Assembly: GCF_001194135.2 (NCBI RefSeq)
Contig: NC_068994.1
Coordinates: forward strand, 41,652,210-41,716,209
Direction: 5' to 3'
Source: Octopus bimaculoides
Taxonomy: Eukaryota
Length of the DNA: 64,000 nt
Shown here: piece after piece, positions 62,700 to 64,000 of the stretch
How positions within the stretch are numbered: position 1 is the stretch's first letter
Layout of the letters: the number at the start of each line of letters is the position of its first letter
Translations under genes and position numbers: made by a program
The notes under the pieces: model-generated
Told to the model about the DNA's origin: nothing
Database searches by the model: none
The model's input: the letters and a program-made list of their open reading frames with translations, nothing else

Positions 62700-64000
62700 C
62701 AATAATAGTCAATACATTTCACACCAATGTTCACCATCACCACTGCTACCCCCCCCCCNNNNNNNNNNNNNNNNNNNNNNNNNNNNNNNNNNNNNNNNNN
62801 NNNNNNNNNNNNNNNNNNNNNNNNNNNNNNNNNNNNNNNNNNNNNNNNNNNNNNNNNNNNNNNNNNNNNNNNNNNNNNNNNNNNNNNNNNNNNNNNNNNN
62901 NNNNNNNNNNNNNNNNNNNNNNNNNNNNNNNNNNNNNNNNNNNNNNNNNNNNNNNNNNNNNNNNNNNNNNNNNNNNNNNNNNNNNNNNNNNNNNNNNNNN
63001 NNNNNNNNNNNNNNNNNNNNNNNNNNNNNNNNNNNNNNNNNNNNNNNNNNNNNNNNNNNNNNNNNNNNNNNNNNNNNNNNNNNNNNNNNNNNNNNNNNNN
63101 NNNNNNNNNNNNNNNNNNNNNNNNNNNNNNNNNNNNNNNNNNNNNNNNNNNNNNNNNNNNNNNNNATACCATTACCACTACTACAACTAACACTACCACT
63201 ATCACAGCCAGTACCACCACCAACACCACTACCACCACCACCACCATCATACCATCACCACTACTACAACTAACACTACCACTACCACCACCACCACCAC
63301 CATCATACCATCACCACTACTACAACTAACACTACCACTACCACAGCCAGTACCACCACCAACAACAATACAAACCACCACCACCACCACCACCACAACC
63401 ACCACAACCACCACCACCACTGCAGTATTACCAACACTTACACTTTTGATCGCATACTTCAGCAGATGTTTTGACACATTTTGTACAAATCGAATTCCTT
63501 CTCCCTTAAAAATCCTATCAATATCCCAGACATCTGCCTCGGCTTGTGTCACAGTGTTACAGGGTAAACTGGTGTGGAATTCTCCCATTGCTCTTTCAGG
63601 TAGAAAGAAAGTGGATGATGTTTGCAGAGGAATGAATGTACAAAGAGAAGTATGGGGTGGTTGTGATGGTGATGGTGGTGGTGGTTGGGATGGGTTGTGG
63701 AGGAAAGCATTTCTGTCTTTTCTCAAGGGTATTAACTGCAGAGTAGTGAGGCTGATGTGAAGAAGTAGTTAGAATGAGGAACTGAAATTGTGTCACAGAA
63801 AATAGCTTGGTATGTATGTGTGTTGTGTGTGTGTGTGTGTGTTTATATATATATATATATATATATAAACACACAACACACACACCACCACCACCCACTA
63901 CCACCACTACCACCACCACCACCAACAACAATACAAACCACCACACACACCACACACACACACACACATATATACACACTCACATATATATATATATATA
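62700..64000. repeat. (ACC)n/(ACT)n/(TG)n/(TA)n simple repeats around a short unique island
   Basis: Read directly from the sequence. The unique island is about 63425-63620. Confidence 0.85.
63442..63592 (-). CDS. Best candidate host exon (about 50 codons), product unknown
   Basis: A unique, CpG-retaining island with an open frame AMGEFHTSLPCNTVTQAEADVWDIDRIFKGEGIRFVQNVSKHLLKYAIKS. It ends at a consensus donor GTAAGT (63441-63436). The acceptor is pyrimidine tract plus AAG (weak). The plus strand is also open. Confidence 0.38.

Overview
This window is eukaryotic, AT-rich and extremely repeat-dense, with 19 N-gaps (about 6 kb). The SINE, LINE and microsatellite content fits a coleoid cephalopod, most likely an octopus draft assembly; this is inferred from repeat families, not from a database search. 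No complete host gene can be supported. Nearly all long ORFs in the track are translations of microsatellites or N-gaps. The window contains: (i) several tRNA-derived SINE families, labelled here SINE-A, SINE-B and a CORE-like group with swappable middles and tails; (ii) 5'-truncated RTE LINEs of at least three kinds, one with a PHD-finger-like C4HC3 module just after the RT core; (iii) a cluster of Dong/R4-type restriction-like-endonuclease (RLE) retrotransposon fragments in (AAT)n tracts; (iv) Penelope-like remnants; (v) hAT, Tc1/mariner and piggyBac-like MITEs, including a 286-bp foldback; (vi) minisatellites of 20, 24, 29 and 34 bp; (vii) a few weak candidate exons. The most interesting signal is a shared-target pattern. 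SINE-A forms head-to-tail arrays in (ATT)n/(AAT)n tracts, where Dong/R4 3' ends lie antiparallel to it. At 56.3-56.9 kb, three divergent SINE-A copies are separated by four near-identical 20-bp direct repeats, which suggests repeated insertion at one site. Coordinates of decayed repeats are approximate.
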